Assembly: GCA_964528105.1 (NCBI GenBank)
Contig: CAZGRY010000002.1
Coordinates: 1 to 38,834, forward strand
DNA from: an uncultured Dehalogenimonas sp.
GTDB taxonomy: Bacteria; Chloroflexota; Dehalococcoidia; Dehalococcoidales; Dehalococcoidaceae
Direction: 5' to 3'
DNA: 38,834 nt
The notes below the pieces were generated by a model. That model was not told the origin of the DNA. It did not search any database and saw only the letters and a program-made list of their open reading frames with translations. This document shows, piece after piece, positions 7,813-16,799 of the stretch. The translations under genes were made by a program, and so were the position numbers. The number at the start of each line of letters is the position of its first letter. Within the stretch, counting starts at the first letter, position 1.

Positions 7813-8675
7813 AATACGCGTTTTATAATAGCTGTTCGCTGCGGGCCACGGGCAAGGAATACGCTCATTCCATGCGCCTCGTTTTCGACCTTATGGGTAT
7901 AGAACTGCAAGAACCAAAGAACTGGGTGTGCTGTGGGTCAACCCTAGCGCATAACGCATCGGTGATGCTGGCCGATACGTTGCCTCTCAAGAACCTGGCC
8001 GAAATCCAGAAGATGGGGTTGAATGAAGTCGTGGTGCCATGCACAGCCTGCTATAACCGGTTCAAAGTGGCCCAGTTTGAAGATAAAAACGATTTACGGT
8101 TGAAACACGAAATCGAAGAAATCATCGAGCATAAATTCGAGCGGCCGGTTTCAGTTCTGCATCCACTTGAAATACTCTCGACCGATGAAAATCTGGCCAA
8201 ACTCAAGAGCCTGATTAAACGCGATCTATCCTACATGAAAGTGGTGAGCTATTACGGCTGTCTCTTGGTCCGGCCGCACAAAGAGACGGGTTTCCGCGAC
8301 AACCCCGAATACCCGGTAACGATGGATAAAATACTGGGGGCGGTCGGCATCAAAACCCTGGATTGGTCTCACAAAGTCGAGTGCTGCGGCGGTTCGCTGT
8401 CGATTACAAGACCGGACGCGGTGATGAAACTGACGTCTCGAATTCTGGATGATGCCAAGGCGGGAGGCGCCGCGGCGATATCGGTGCCGTGCACCTTTTG
8501 CCAACTGAACCTTGATATAAGGCAGGAAGATCTCAACAAGCAGGGCAAAGATTACGATGTCCCTGTATATTATTTCACCGAGCTCCTGGCGCTGGCCCTT
8601 GGCGTACCGGAAAAAGACCTGATGCTTGGAAAACATTTCGTCGAGAGCCAAAGACTACTGGTGAAGGCAGCCTAG
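7809..8675 (+). CDS. hdrB: Heterodisulfide reductase subunit B-like (two CCG domains)
   Basis: YNSC, WVCCGS, VPCTAC, YYGCLLVRP, ECCGGS, VPCTFCQLNLD. GTG start overlaps the hdrC stop. Confidence 0.93.
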   Translation: MKYAFYNSCSLRATGKEYAHSMRLVFDLMGIELQEPKNWVCCGSTLAHNASVMLADTLPLKNLAEIQKMGLNEVVVPCTACYNRFKVAQFEDKNDLRLKHEIEEIIEHKFERPVSVLHPLEILSTDENLAKLKSLIKRDLSYMKVVSYYGCLLVRPHKETGFRDNPEYPVTMDKILGAVGIKTLDWSHKVECCGGSLSITRPDAVMKLTSRILDDAKAGGAAAISVPCTFCQLNLDIRQEDLNKQGKDYDVPVYYFTELLALALGVPEKDLMLGKHFVESQRLLVKAA

Positions 8676-11600
8676 ATGGTAGATAAGACTAAGATTGGGG
8701 CTGCCCTGGTTATCGGCGGCGGCGTAGGCGGGATGCAGACGGCGCTTGATTTGGCTGAAGCCGGGATCAAGGTGTATTTGCTCGATGAAGCGCCAGCCAT
8801 CGGCGGCAAGATGGTGCAGCTCGACAAGACTTTCCCGACCAATGACTGCGCCATGTGCACCGTTTCACCGAGGCTCGTCTCCATCGACCGCCATCTGAAT
8901 ATCGAATTGGTTACCAACTCCAAAGTGCTCAGCTACGAAGGCGAAGCCGGGAATTTCAAAGTTAAAGTACTCAAAAGAGCCCGCGGCGTCGACGAATCAA
9001 AATGCACCGGCTGCAACATCTGCATCGAGAAATGCCCGGCCAAAACAACGAGCGAGTTCGATAACGGCTTGTCCAAGCGTAAGGCGATCTATACTCTTTA
9101 CGCTCAAGCGGTACCGAACGTACCCGTCATCGATAAAGACGCCTGCATCTATTATAAGAAAGGTAAAGGCTGCCGCGCTTGCGAGAAATTCTGCGAGGCC
9201 AACGCAATCCTGCTCGATCAGCAGGATGAAATTATCGAACTCAATGTCGGCGCGGTGGTGCTGGCGCCGGGCTACGACCTGTTCGATGCCGCTGAAAAAC
9301 CCCAACTTGGTTACGGCCGGTATCCGGACGTACTGACTTCACTGCAATTCGAACGCATGCTTTCGGCATCGGGCCCGTTCGCTGGAAACGTAATACGGCC
9401 ATCTAACAAGGAACTGCCTCATAAGGTGGCCTTCATCCAATGTGTCGGTTCCCGGGAGACCTCAGCCGATTTCTGTTCCGGGGTGTGCTGCATGTACGCC
9501 ACCAAGGAAGCCCTTATCCTCAAAGAACACCATCCTGAAATCGACGTTGCCATCTTTTATATCGATCTCCGCGCCTACGGCAAGGGTTTTGAAGCATATT
9601 ACGAACGAGCGCTCAAAGCCGGTGTCCGCTATATTCGCTGCCAGCCTTCTTCGCTGAAACAGGTCCCGGCTACCAAGCAGGTGACTGTCCGCTACCAGGA
9701 CGATCAAGGAAACCTGACCGAAGAAATATTCGATATGGTGATGTTGTCTTGCGGCCTGCGGCCTTCAAAGGCCGGTCAATCCGTGGCAGATAAATTCGGC
9801 GTCAGGTTAAATTCCGACGGCTTTTGCGTCACCGACGGTCTGGACCCGGTGGCTACCAGCCAGGAAGGCATTTACGCTGTCGGCGCTTTCACCGGACCGA
9901 AAGATATTCCGGAGACAGTCGTACAGGCCGGAGCGGCGGCATCAAGAGTGCTAGCCCTGCTGGCCGATAAAAAAGGCGAACTGTTACGGGAAAGGACTTA
10001 TCCCGAAGAGCGCAATGTCGATGCAGCCCAACTGCGAATCGGGGTGTTTGTGTGTCACTGCGGCAAGAACATTGCCTCGGTGGTAAGTATTCCTCAGGTT
10101 GTCGAATATTGCCAAACACTCCCCAACGTCGCTTTCGTCACCGACACGCTATTTGCCTGCGCCACCGACGCCGGGGCAAAGATCAAAGAAGCGATTATCG
10201 AGCAGGACTTGAACCGCGTCATTATCGCCGCCTGCACACCGCGGACACATGAAGGCTTGTTCCAGGATACGATGAGCGAGGCAGGCCTCAACCCTCACCT
10301 CATGGAGATTGCCAACATCCGGAACCAGTGTTCCTGGGTGCACATGAATCAACCTGTTGAAGCTACTAACAAGGCTAAAGACATCATCCGCTTGGCGGCG
10401 GTTAAAGTGAGCCACCTCAAACCCCTGCACCCAGGCTATGTTTCGGTCAGCCATGATGGTCTCGTTATCGGCGGCGGTCTGGCCGGCATGGCCGCCGCCA
10501 TCAGCCTGGCGGACGCCGGGTACAAGACCTATTTGCTGGAGAAAAGCCGCGACCTGGGCGGCAATTACCGGCGGGTGAAATTCGGCGAACCGGGAGAAGA
10601 GCCCCAGGCTAAACTCAGGGAGTTCATCGAACGCGTCAAAATTCACCCCAATATTGAACTCCATCTTGAGTCGAAAGTGACCGGTTTCGACGGTTCGGCT
10701 GGAAATTTCGTCATTGATTTCGAATCCGATGAGACCAAACAGCAAATCAAAGCCGGTGCCGTTATAGTAGCCACGGGTGCGTCAGAATATAGGCCGGTCG
10801 AATACCTGTACGATCAAGATAACCGGGTCATCACCCAACTTGAACTTGAAGAACGCTTGGCTCTAGAGAAAATCGAAGCTAAGACGGTTGTCATGATCCA
10901 ATGCGTCGGGTCACGTGATGATGCTCATCCTTATTGTAGTCGCCTATGCTGTGTCCAGGCGATCAAGAACGCCATCAAGCTAAAGGCGCGCCAACCCCAG
11001 ACCGAGGTGTTTGTCCTCTATCGCGACATACGCGCCTACAGCCTGCATGAAGCCGAATATACAAGAGCCCGGAAACTCGGTATCAGATTCCTCCGGTATG
11101 AGAAAAACGAAAAACCCGTTGTGACTAATAACAATGGCGAGCTTCGGGTTTCGGTGATCGATCCAATTCTGAACGCCCGCCTGAATATCCCGACTGATGT
11201 GCTGGTACTTTCGACGGGCGTCGTACCGAGCGATGATCAAGAATTGGCCAAGCTATTAAAATTGCCGCATTCAGAAGATGGATTCCTGATGGAAGCCCAC
11301 ATCAAGCTGCGACCCGTGGATTCCCCAGTAGAAGGGGTGTATCTGGCCGGGTTGGCGCATGGGCCCAAACTGGCTGATGAGTCTATCGCCCAGGCCGGTG
11401 CCACCGCAGCTAAAGCCGCAGCGATTTTATCGAAAAACGAAATCAAGCTCGAAGCGCAAGTCTCGGAGGTACTGGACTCCAACTGCGACGGCTGTGCCTA
11501 CTGCGTCGATCCGTGTCCCTTCAAGGCGATCACTCTGATAGAATATGCCTCGGACGGCGCGGTCAAGAAAACGGTAGAGTCCGACCCGGCCAAGTGCCAG

Positions 11601-11708
11601 GGCTGCGGCGTCTGCATGGCTACCTGCCCGAAGAAGGGCATCATGGTTAGGAACTTCGGCCTTGATGAGCTTTCAGATATGGTTGCCGCCATTCTAGCCC
11701 CTGCTTGA
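8676..11708 (+). CDS. hdrA: Heterodisulfide reductase subunit A-like, tandem (double) HdrA, 1010 aa
   Basis: Two FAD motifs (VIGGGVGG; VIGGGLAG), QLDKTFPTNDC, inserted ferredoxin, two QCVGSR...CSxxCC sites, internal GVFVCHCG N-domain, C-terminal 2x[4Fe-4S]. Confidence 0.93.
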   Translation: MVDKTKIGAALVIGGGVGGMQTALDLAEAGIKVYLLDEAPAIGGKMVQLDKTFPTNDCAMCTVSPRLVSIDRHLNIELVTNSKVLSYEGEAGNFKVKVLKRARGVDESKCTGCNICIEKCPAKTTSEFDNGLSKRKAIYTLYAQAVPNVPVIDKDACIYYKKGKGCRACEKFCEANAILLDQQDEIIELNVGAVVLAPGYDLFDAAEKPQLGYGRYPDVLTSLQFERMLSASGPFAGNVIRPSNKELPHKVAFIQCVGSRETSADFCSGVCCMYATKEALILKEHHPEIDVAIFYIDLRAYGKGFEAYYERALKAGVRYIRCQPSSLKQVPATKQVTVRYQDDQGNLTEEIFDMVMLSCGLRPSKAGQSVADKFGVRLNSDGFCVTDGLDPVATSQEGIYAVGAFTGPKDIPETVVQAGAAASRVLALLADKKGELLRERTYPEERNVDAAQLRIGVFVCHCGKNIASVVSIPQVVEYCQTLPNVAFVTDTLFACATDAGAKIKEAIIEQDLNRVIIAACTPRTHEGLFQDTMSEAGLNPHLMEIANIRNQCSWVHMNQPVEATNKAKDIIRLAAVKVSHLKPLHPGYVSVSHDGLVIGGGLAGMAAAISLADAGYKTYLLEKSRDLGGNYRRVKFGEPGEEPQAKLREFIERVKIHPNIELHLESKVTGFDGSAGNFVIDFESDETKQQIKAGAVIVATGASEYRPVEYLYDQDNRVITQLELEERLALEKIEAKTVVMIQCVGSRDDAHPYCSRLCCVQAIKNAIKLKARQPQTEVFVLYRDIRAYSLHEAEYTRARKLGIRFLRYEKNEKPVVTNNNGELRVSVIDPILNARLNIPTDVLVLSTGVVPSDDQELAKLLKLPHSEDGFLMEAHIKLRPVDSPVEGVYLAGLAHGPKLADESIAQAGATAAKAAAILSKNEIKLEAQVSEVLDSNCDGCAYCVDPCPFKAITLIEYASDGAVKKTVESDPAKCQGCGVCMATCPKKGIMVRNFGLDELSDMVAAILAPA

Positions 11709-11717
11709 GGATAATGA

Positions 11718-12173
11718 TTGATGAACAACTCAACCACGATTGAAAACAAAGCCCAGCAACAGGATACAGGCTATCAACCGCTCATCATCTGTTTTGCCTG
11801 CAACTGGTGTTCCTACGCCGCGGCCGACCTGGCCGGCGTTTCCCGGATCCAGTACCCGCCCAACGTGCGGATTATCAGGGTGATGTGTTCCGGGATGGTC
11901 CACCCTAACCTAGTGATCGATGCCTTGACCAAGGGTGCCGACGGCGTGCTGATGTGCGGCTGCCATCCAGGGGACTGCCATTATCGAGAAGGAAATCTGA
12001 GAGCACAGTCACGGGCCGAGGCAATAAAGCTGATGCTCCAGGATTTCGGGCTGGAAGATGAGCGTTACCGCCTGGAATGGATATCGGCTTCGGAAGGCGC
12101 CAGGTTTGCCAAAGTGGTGACCGATATGGTGGCGGACCTTAAGAGACTGGGTCCCAGCGCATACAAGATGTAA
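11718..12173 (+). CDS. mvhD: Methyl-viologen-reducing hydrogenase delta subunit ([2Fe-2S])
   Basis: FACNWCSYAAADLAG, IRVMCSG, GCHPGDCHY, LEWISASEG. Start 11718 (TTG) or 11721 (ATG). Confidence 0.95.
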   Translation: MMNNSTTIENKAQQQDTGYQPLIICFACNWCSYAAADLAGVSRIQYPPNVRIIRVMCSGMVHPNLVIDALTKGADGVLMCGCHPGDCHYREGNLRAQSRAEAIKLMLQDFGLEDERYRLEWISASEGARFAKVVTDMVADLKRLGPSAYKM

Positions 12174-12181
12174 GGAGAACA

Positions 12182-12364
12182 ATGGAACTCGCCCGCCTTT
12201 TCGATGGCAGAAAGTTCATGTGGGATGGGAAGGAATATAACGGAGAAGTTGAGAGCCGGAATAAGGAAGAGCACTACCGGTCGCTCGGCTTCGAGGTTAG
12301 GTCGCTGGTTGATGATGGCAAGCATTATGTTTTCACCCGGCGCGTGGTTAACAACCAGGGATAG
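12182..12364 (+). CDS. Small hypothetical protein (60 aa) within hdr-mvh operon
   Basis: Strong SD AAGGAG overlapping the mvhD stop, ATG 8 nt after the stop. Sequence FDGRKFMWDG...YVFTRR. Confidence 0.75.
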   Translation: MELARLFDGRKFMWDGKEYNGEVESRNKEEHYRSLGFEVRSLVDDGKHYVFTRRVVNNQG

Positions 12365-12435
12365 CCACTCCGCCGGCGTCCGGTTTACCGGCTTGGCATA
12401 TCAGTGCTCAGAGTAAGAAATGAGGAGGGATTAGC

Positions 12436-13353
12436 ATGGTACGTGTCGCTGAGGAATGGTTTGCCGTCTGCGGCGGTTGTGAGGTGTCCATCCTGGACAT
12501 CGGCGAACCGCTTCTTGATCTACTGCCCAGCCTTGAATTCGTCCACATGCCTGTGCTTATGGACCATAAACTCTACGGACAAACCGGTGAAAACAGCCGT
12601 ATGGAAATCCCAGAAGCCGATATTGGTATTGTTACCGGTGGCATCCGCAACCAGGAGAACAAAGAACTGGCCGAGGAAATGCGCCGTAAGTGCAAGATAA
12701 TCATCTCGCTGGGTTCCTGCGCCAATCTCGGTGGTATCCCTGCCCTTGGCAATATGTATGCCAACGGCGAATTGTTAGATACCACTTACCGCAAAAACAC
12801 CAGCACCGAGGCCGGACCTAACCCGTCGGAAGGTCTCCCAGCCTTGACTGACAGGGTCTATTCGGTTAACGAGGTCATCAAGGTGGACATCTCAATCCCG
12901 GGCTGCCCGCCCACCCCGGAATGGATCGCCGGCGCCTTGACCGCGCTGCTCCAGGGTAAAAGCTTCACACTGCCGGAAAAGAGCGTTTGCGACGACTGCC
13001 CAACGGTCCGGGAAAAGAAAGCTAAAGTCGCCATTCGCCGCCCGCTGCAGCCTGCTGAATTCACCCCCGGCCGTTACGATAATATGCGCTGCATGAACGA
13101 GCAGGGCATTCTCTGCCTCGGCCCGGCCACCCGCACCGGTTGCGGCGGCTCAGAGAAGACGCCGCGCTGTATCAAGGCTTACATGCCCTGCCGCGGCTGC
13201 TACGGCCCGATCCGCGCCGGCGCCAATCCCATGGTGGACATGATGGGCGCCCTTTCCTCGGTCGGACTCGATCCCAAACAGATCGAAGACCGCATGGCTA
13301 CCTTCAACCGCTTCATCGGTGCCGGGCGCCTGCGCCCGATGCCGACCCGCTAA
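12436..13353 (+). CDS. mvhG: Group 3c [NiFe]-hydrogenase small subunit (MvhG/VhuG)
   Basis: CGGCEVS, LGSCANLGGIP, IPGCPP, SVCDDC, LCLGPATRTGCG, PCRGCYGP. SD GAGGAGG. Confidence 0.93.
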   Translation: MVRVAEEWFAVCGGCEVSILDIGEPLLDLLPSLEFVHMPVLMDHKLYGQTGENSRMEIPEADIGIVTGGIRNQENKELAEEMRRKCKIIISLGSCANLGGIPALGNMYANGELLDTTYRKNTSTEAGPNPSEGLPALTDRVYSVNEVIKVDISIPGCPPTPEWIAGALTALLQGKSFTLPEKSVCDDCPTVREKKAKVAIRRPLQPAEFTPGRYDNMRCMNEQGILCLGPATRTGCGGSEKTPRCIKAYMPCRGCYGPIRAGANPMVDMMGALSSVGLDPKQIEDRMATFNRFIGAGRLRPMPTR

Positions 13354-13375
13354 AGTAGGGATAAGGAGTTAAAAG

Positions 13376-14818
13376 ATGAAAGAAATTGTAATTCAACCGG
13401 TTTCCCGTATCGAAGGCGGGGCGAAGATAACCATCCAGCTTGACGACGACGGAAATGTCGCCGATGCCCGTGTGAGCGTCCTGGAACTCAGGGGTTTTGA
13501 GCGTTTCTGCGTTGGCCGGCCGGTGGAGGAAATGCCCAGGATCACCACCCGTATCTGCGGTGTCTGCCCCTGGTCCCATCACCTGGCTTCGGCCAAGGCT
13601 TGCGATGCAGTGTTCGGCGTCACTCCGCCGCCGGCGGGTCGCAAACTGCGCGAACTTTGTAATAGTATCGCCTATATGGAAGAGCACATCCTGCACTTCT
13701 ACTTCCTGGGCGGCGGCGACTTCGTCATGGGCCCCAGCGCCGACTATGCGGTGCGAAATGTTTTCGGCATCGCCCAGAAACTGCCGGAGGTCGCCCGCAA
13801 CGTGGTCAAGGTGCGCCACATGTGTGCTCACATGCTGGAAATAATTGCCGGCAAGTCAATCCACCCGGTGGCGGCAGTGCCGGGAGGCTTTTCCAAGCCA
13901 CTGACCGAATCTGAACGCCAGACTCTGCTGCCCATGGCTAAAGAAGCCCTCGAATTGGCCAAGTTCTCAATAGACTATGCCAAGAACAACATCTTCCCGG
14001 TGTACATCGACGCGGTGAAAACGGTTGGTGTCATCAAGACCGGTTTCCTCGGTACGGTTAAAGCCGACGGCACCATGGACCTGTATGACGGCAAGTTGCG
14101 GATGATGGATCCAGAAGGTAAATACGAAGACTTCGAAGCCAAGGACTATCTCGATTACATCTCCGAACATATCGAGCCATGGTCGTTCGTCAAGTTCCCC
14201 TACAACAAGAAATGGGGCGAATTTTCCATGGATCCAGAGAATCCCCGCGGCATCTACCGGGTCAACACCCTGGCTCGTCTCAACGTCGCTGAACGGATCA
14301 GCACACCCCTGGCGCAGGCTGAATTGGAAGAGTTCCGGGCTACCTTTGGGCGGCCGGTGCAGGCGACGCTCTTATTCCACTGGGCTCGGCTTATTGAGAT
14401 CCTCTACAACGCCGAAAAGGCGATTGAACTCCTGAATGATCCAGAAATCACCAGCACCAATACCCGCGTCGCCGTAACACCCCGGGCTGCCCGCGGCGTC
14501 GGTTGCACCGAAGCGCCCCGCGGCACTTTGATCCATGACTATACCACCGATGAAAAGGGCCTGGTGACCGCCGCCAACCTGATTGTGGCAACCTGCCAGA
14601 ACAACGCCCCGATCAACATGTCGGTGAAACAGGCTGCCAAGCTCCTGATCAAAGACGGCAAGTACGACCAAGGCATCCTGAACACGGTCGAGATGACCAT
14701 TCGCGCCTACGATCCCTGCCTGTCCTGCGCCAGCCACGACCTGAACGGCCAGTTAGGATGCAAGCTGGACATCGTCGGTGCCGACGGCCACCTTATCGAG
14801 ACCCTGACCAACCAGTAA
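13376..14818 (+). CDS. mvhA: Group 3c [NiFe]-hydrogenase large subunit (MvhA/VhuA)
   Basis: PVSRIEG, L1 RICGVC, EAPRGTLIH, L2 RAYDPCLSCASH plus a cleavable C-terminal extension. All four Ni ligands are Cys (no Sec). Confidence 0.95.
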   Translation: MKEIVIQPVSRIEGGAKITIQLDDDGNVADARVSVLELRGFERFCVGRPVEEMPRITTRICGVCPWSHHLASAKACDAVFGVTPPPAGRKLRELCNSIAYMEEHILHFYFLGGGDFVMGPSADYAVRNVFGIAQKLPEVARNVVKVRHMCAHMLEIIAGKSIHPVAAVPGGFSKPLTESERQTLLPMAKEALELAKFSIDYAKNNIFPVYIDAVKTVGVIKTGFLGTVKADGTMDLYDGKLRMMDPEGKYEDFEAKDYLDYISEHIEPWSFVKFPYNKKWGEFSMDPENPRGIYRVNTLARLNVAERISTPLAQAELEEFRATFGRPVQATLLFHWARLIEILYNAEKAIELLNDPEITSTNTRVAVTPRAARGVGCTEAPRGTLIHDYTTDEKGLVTAANLIVATCQNNAPINMSVKQAAKLLIKDGKYDQGILNTVEMTIRAYDPCLSCASHDLNGQLGCKLDIVGADGHLIETLTNQ

Positions 14819-15309
14819 TGGAATACGTTCCGGATTACTATCGCAAGGACATCCTGATCCTGGGGCTACACGCACGCGCTGACGATGGATTCGGCCCGGC
14901 CGTGGCGGAGGAACTTGAACGCCGCGGCCGGGTTCCGTCTTTTGCGGCGGTGCTCGACGTCGGCACGGGTGTCAGGGAAATTCTCTTTGACCTGATAATT
15001 TCACCGGAACGGCCCACGGAAATTGTCATTATAGACGCTCTCGACTGCGGTCGAGAGCCGGGAGATGTCTTTAAGGTCGCCGTTGACGAAGTACCCAAGA
15101 TCAAGAGCCACGATTTCTCGTTGCACCTGGCGCCGAGCCTAAACCTGCTTCAGGAATTACGCGATGCCGGCGGGGTAAAGGTTACCATCCTGGCGGTTCA
15201 ACCCAAACCAATACCGGAACTGGTCACCGCGGGATTGTCCGCGCCGGTGTTGCAGGCGGTGCAAGAGGTCGCCGATTACGTTACCGAGACCTATTTCACC
15301 AGGACCTAG
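14818..15309 (+). CDS. Hydrogenase maturation endopeptidase (HycI/HybD family), atypical N-terminal motif
   Basis: ATG overlaps the mvhA stop (TAATG). DDGFGPAVA, LDVGTG, IVIIDA, FSLH, GLSAPV. Confidence 0.88.
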   Translation: MEYVPDYYRKDILILGLHARADDGFGPAVAEELERRGRVPSFAAVLDVGTGVREILFDLIISPERPTEIVIIDALDCGREPGDVFKVAVDEVPKIKSHDFSLHLAPSLNLLQELRDAGGVKVTILAVQPKPIPELVTAGLSAPVLQAVQEVADYVTETYFTRT

Positions 15310-15617
15310 GCGGTGTCATCCGACCAGTTCTGCATGATCTTCTTGATCCGCTCGGCCAGTTTGGGGCTGGAACGCAGGCGTTGGATGAATACCGGGCATG
15401 CTTCCACCATGGAGTTCTGAACCGCCTGGGCCATGCTGCCGATCAGGTTCTGCATGTTGGCATCGTCGGAGGCGGTAAAGGTCATACCTTGTTGGGCTTC
15501 CATCTGGCGCCGGATATCATCGGCGGTGAAGCGCATCGGCACGGTGCAGGACTTATACCACTGGCATTCGCGGCATTGGGCGATATTGCTGGCTTCTCTT
15601 AAAATGTCATCGGTCAT
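15306..15617 (-). CDS. Hypothetical Cys-containing protein (CxxCxxxxxC...ACP)
   Basis: 103-aa ORF with SD-like GAGGTG and upstream TATAAT (15669-15664). Converges on the protease with a 4-nt overlap. Confidence 0.75.
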   Translation of the reverse strand: MTDDILREASNIAQCRECQWYKSCTVPMRFTADDIRRQMEAQQGMTFTASDDANMQNLIGSMAQAVQNSMVEACPVFIQRLRSSPKLAERIKKIMQNWSDDTA

Positions 15618-15788
15618 GTTTCACCTCGAGAATGTTTCCAAAATGGCTTCAAGACCTCTTCGTATTATACAACATCTTTTGAAGCAATTTTCTAAGGAAA
15701 TCGGCGACAAGTACCGACTTTGCCGTGTAACCAGTTCGAAGTGTATACTTGTCCGGTTAATCAGTTCTCAACACCTGGAGGGACAGCC

Positions 15789-16532
15789 TTGAAAGTCTAC
15801 CATATCGCGTACGAACCTTCATACGGGTCGGTGGATATCCACATATGGACCAAATGCACCCTGGACTGCCAGGCGTGTTATACCAACTGGGAACTCTATG
15901 ATTTCAGCCTTTACGACGACGCCACGACTGAGATCATGACCCGGCAGCGGACGACGCCGCCCGATAAATTCTTATCATACGACCAGGTCATTGAACTTCT
16001 TACACCGCTTAAGATTAAATATGCCGTATTTATGGGCACCGAGGCGGCGCTGGACCCGGAACTGCCACGACTGACCAAAGAGCTACACGAAAAATGGGGC
16101 GCCTACAATATCTTGTTGACCAACGGTATTGTAATGCCCGATCTAGCTGATATCGACCAGGTCATCTTCAGCATCAAGGCTTTTTCCGAGGATATCTACC
16201 GGAAGTATACTGGACGTAACAATAAGCCAGCCCTCAAGCACTTCGCCGATATAGCCAAAATGGGCAAAAACCTGCACGCCGAGGTGGTGCATATTCCTGA
16301 ACTGATCGAAGCGGACGAAATCGAGAAGGTTGCCAAATTTGTGGCATCGGTAAATCCGGAAATCCCATTCCGTATCGACGCGTATTTCCCGGTTCCGGAG
16401 TGCCCGTGGCGCGCCGCCTCCAACGCCGAAGTGGAATATGCCGCCGAATTGGCCAAGAAACACATGAAAAATGTCACTATCCTGACGTTGGATATGAAAC
16501 GCATCGGCGACAAAGCCATCAAGATTTACTAG
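15789..16532 (+). CDS. Radical SAM protein (PflA/activating-enzyme-like fold, function unknown)
   Basis: CTLDCQACY (CxxxCxxC), FMGTEA in place of the GGEP motif, LLTNG. TTG start after GGAGG. Confidence 0.85.
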   Translation: MKVYHIAYEPSYGSVDIHIWTKCTLDCQACYTNWELYDFSLYDDATTEIMTRQRTTPPDKFLSYDQVIELLTPLKIKYAVFMGTEAALDPELPRLTKELHEKWGAYNILLTNGIVMPDLADIDQVIFSIKAFSEDIYRKYTGRNNKPALKHFADIAKMGKNLHAEVVHIPELIEADEIEKVAKFVASVNPEIPFRIDAYFPVPECPWRAASNAEVEYAAELAKKHMKNVTILTLDMKRIGDKAIKIY

Positions 16533-16546
16533 CCTCCGCTTAAACA

Positions 16547-16667
16547 GGGAATGACAAATAAGAAATTTGGCCCGGGGGCGGGTTTAAGGCCGGCGAGGTA
16601 CGACCTCGTCCCTACAGCCCCTCGACTCCTCCCTACGTGGATTCCCCGCCTACGCGGGGAATGACAA
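16547..16667. repeat. Cluster of REP-like palindromes
   Basis: gggaatgacaa twice (16547-16557, 16657-16667), hairpin attccccgc/gcggggaat (16641-16662), cgaggt/acctcg hairpin followed by CCCTAC. Confidence 0.6.
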
Positions 16668-16748
16668 GATCGGTGGAAGCGTCCCGGCGATCAAGCAGTA
16701 CGTATACAGACACCTTTTAGGACGCGATGTAACTTACCCAAGCAACAT

Positions 16749-16777
16749 TTGACACCTCGGGGTTATTAGCGTAACAT
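16749..16777 (+). promoter_or_regulatory. Promoter of corrinoid salvage operon
   Basis: TTGACA(16749-16754)-17 nt-TAACAT(16772-16777). TATAAT also at 16777-16782. Confidence 0.65.
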
Positions 16778-16799
16778 ATAATCAATTACAAAGTAGCCA

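Noticed and set aside
14758-14817. Upstream start for the maturation protease
   Set aside because: Lies within mvhA. The TAATG coupling at 14818 is the better start.
7222-14818. Selenocysteine/pyrrolysine recoding in Hdr/Mvh subunits
   Set aside because: All ORFs are full length, and positions that are Sec in some homologues (MvhA DPCxxC, MvhD, HdrA) are Cys codons. No in-frame TGA/TAG read-through is needed.
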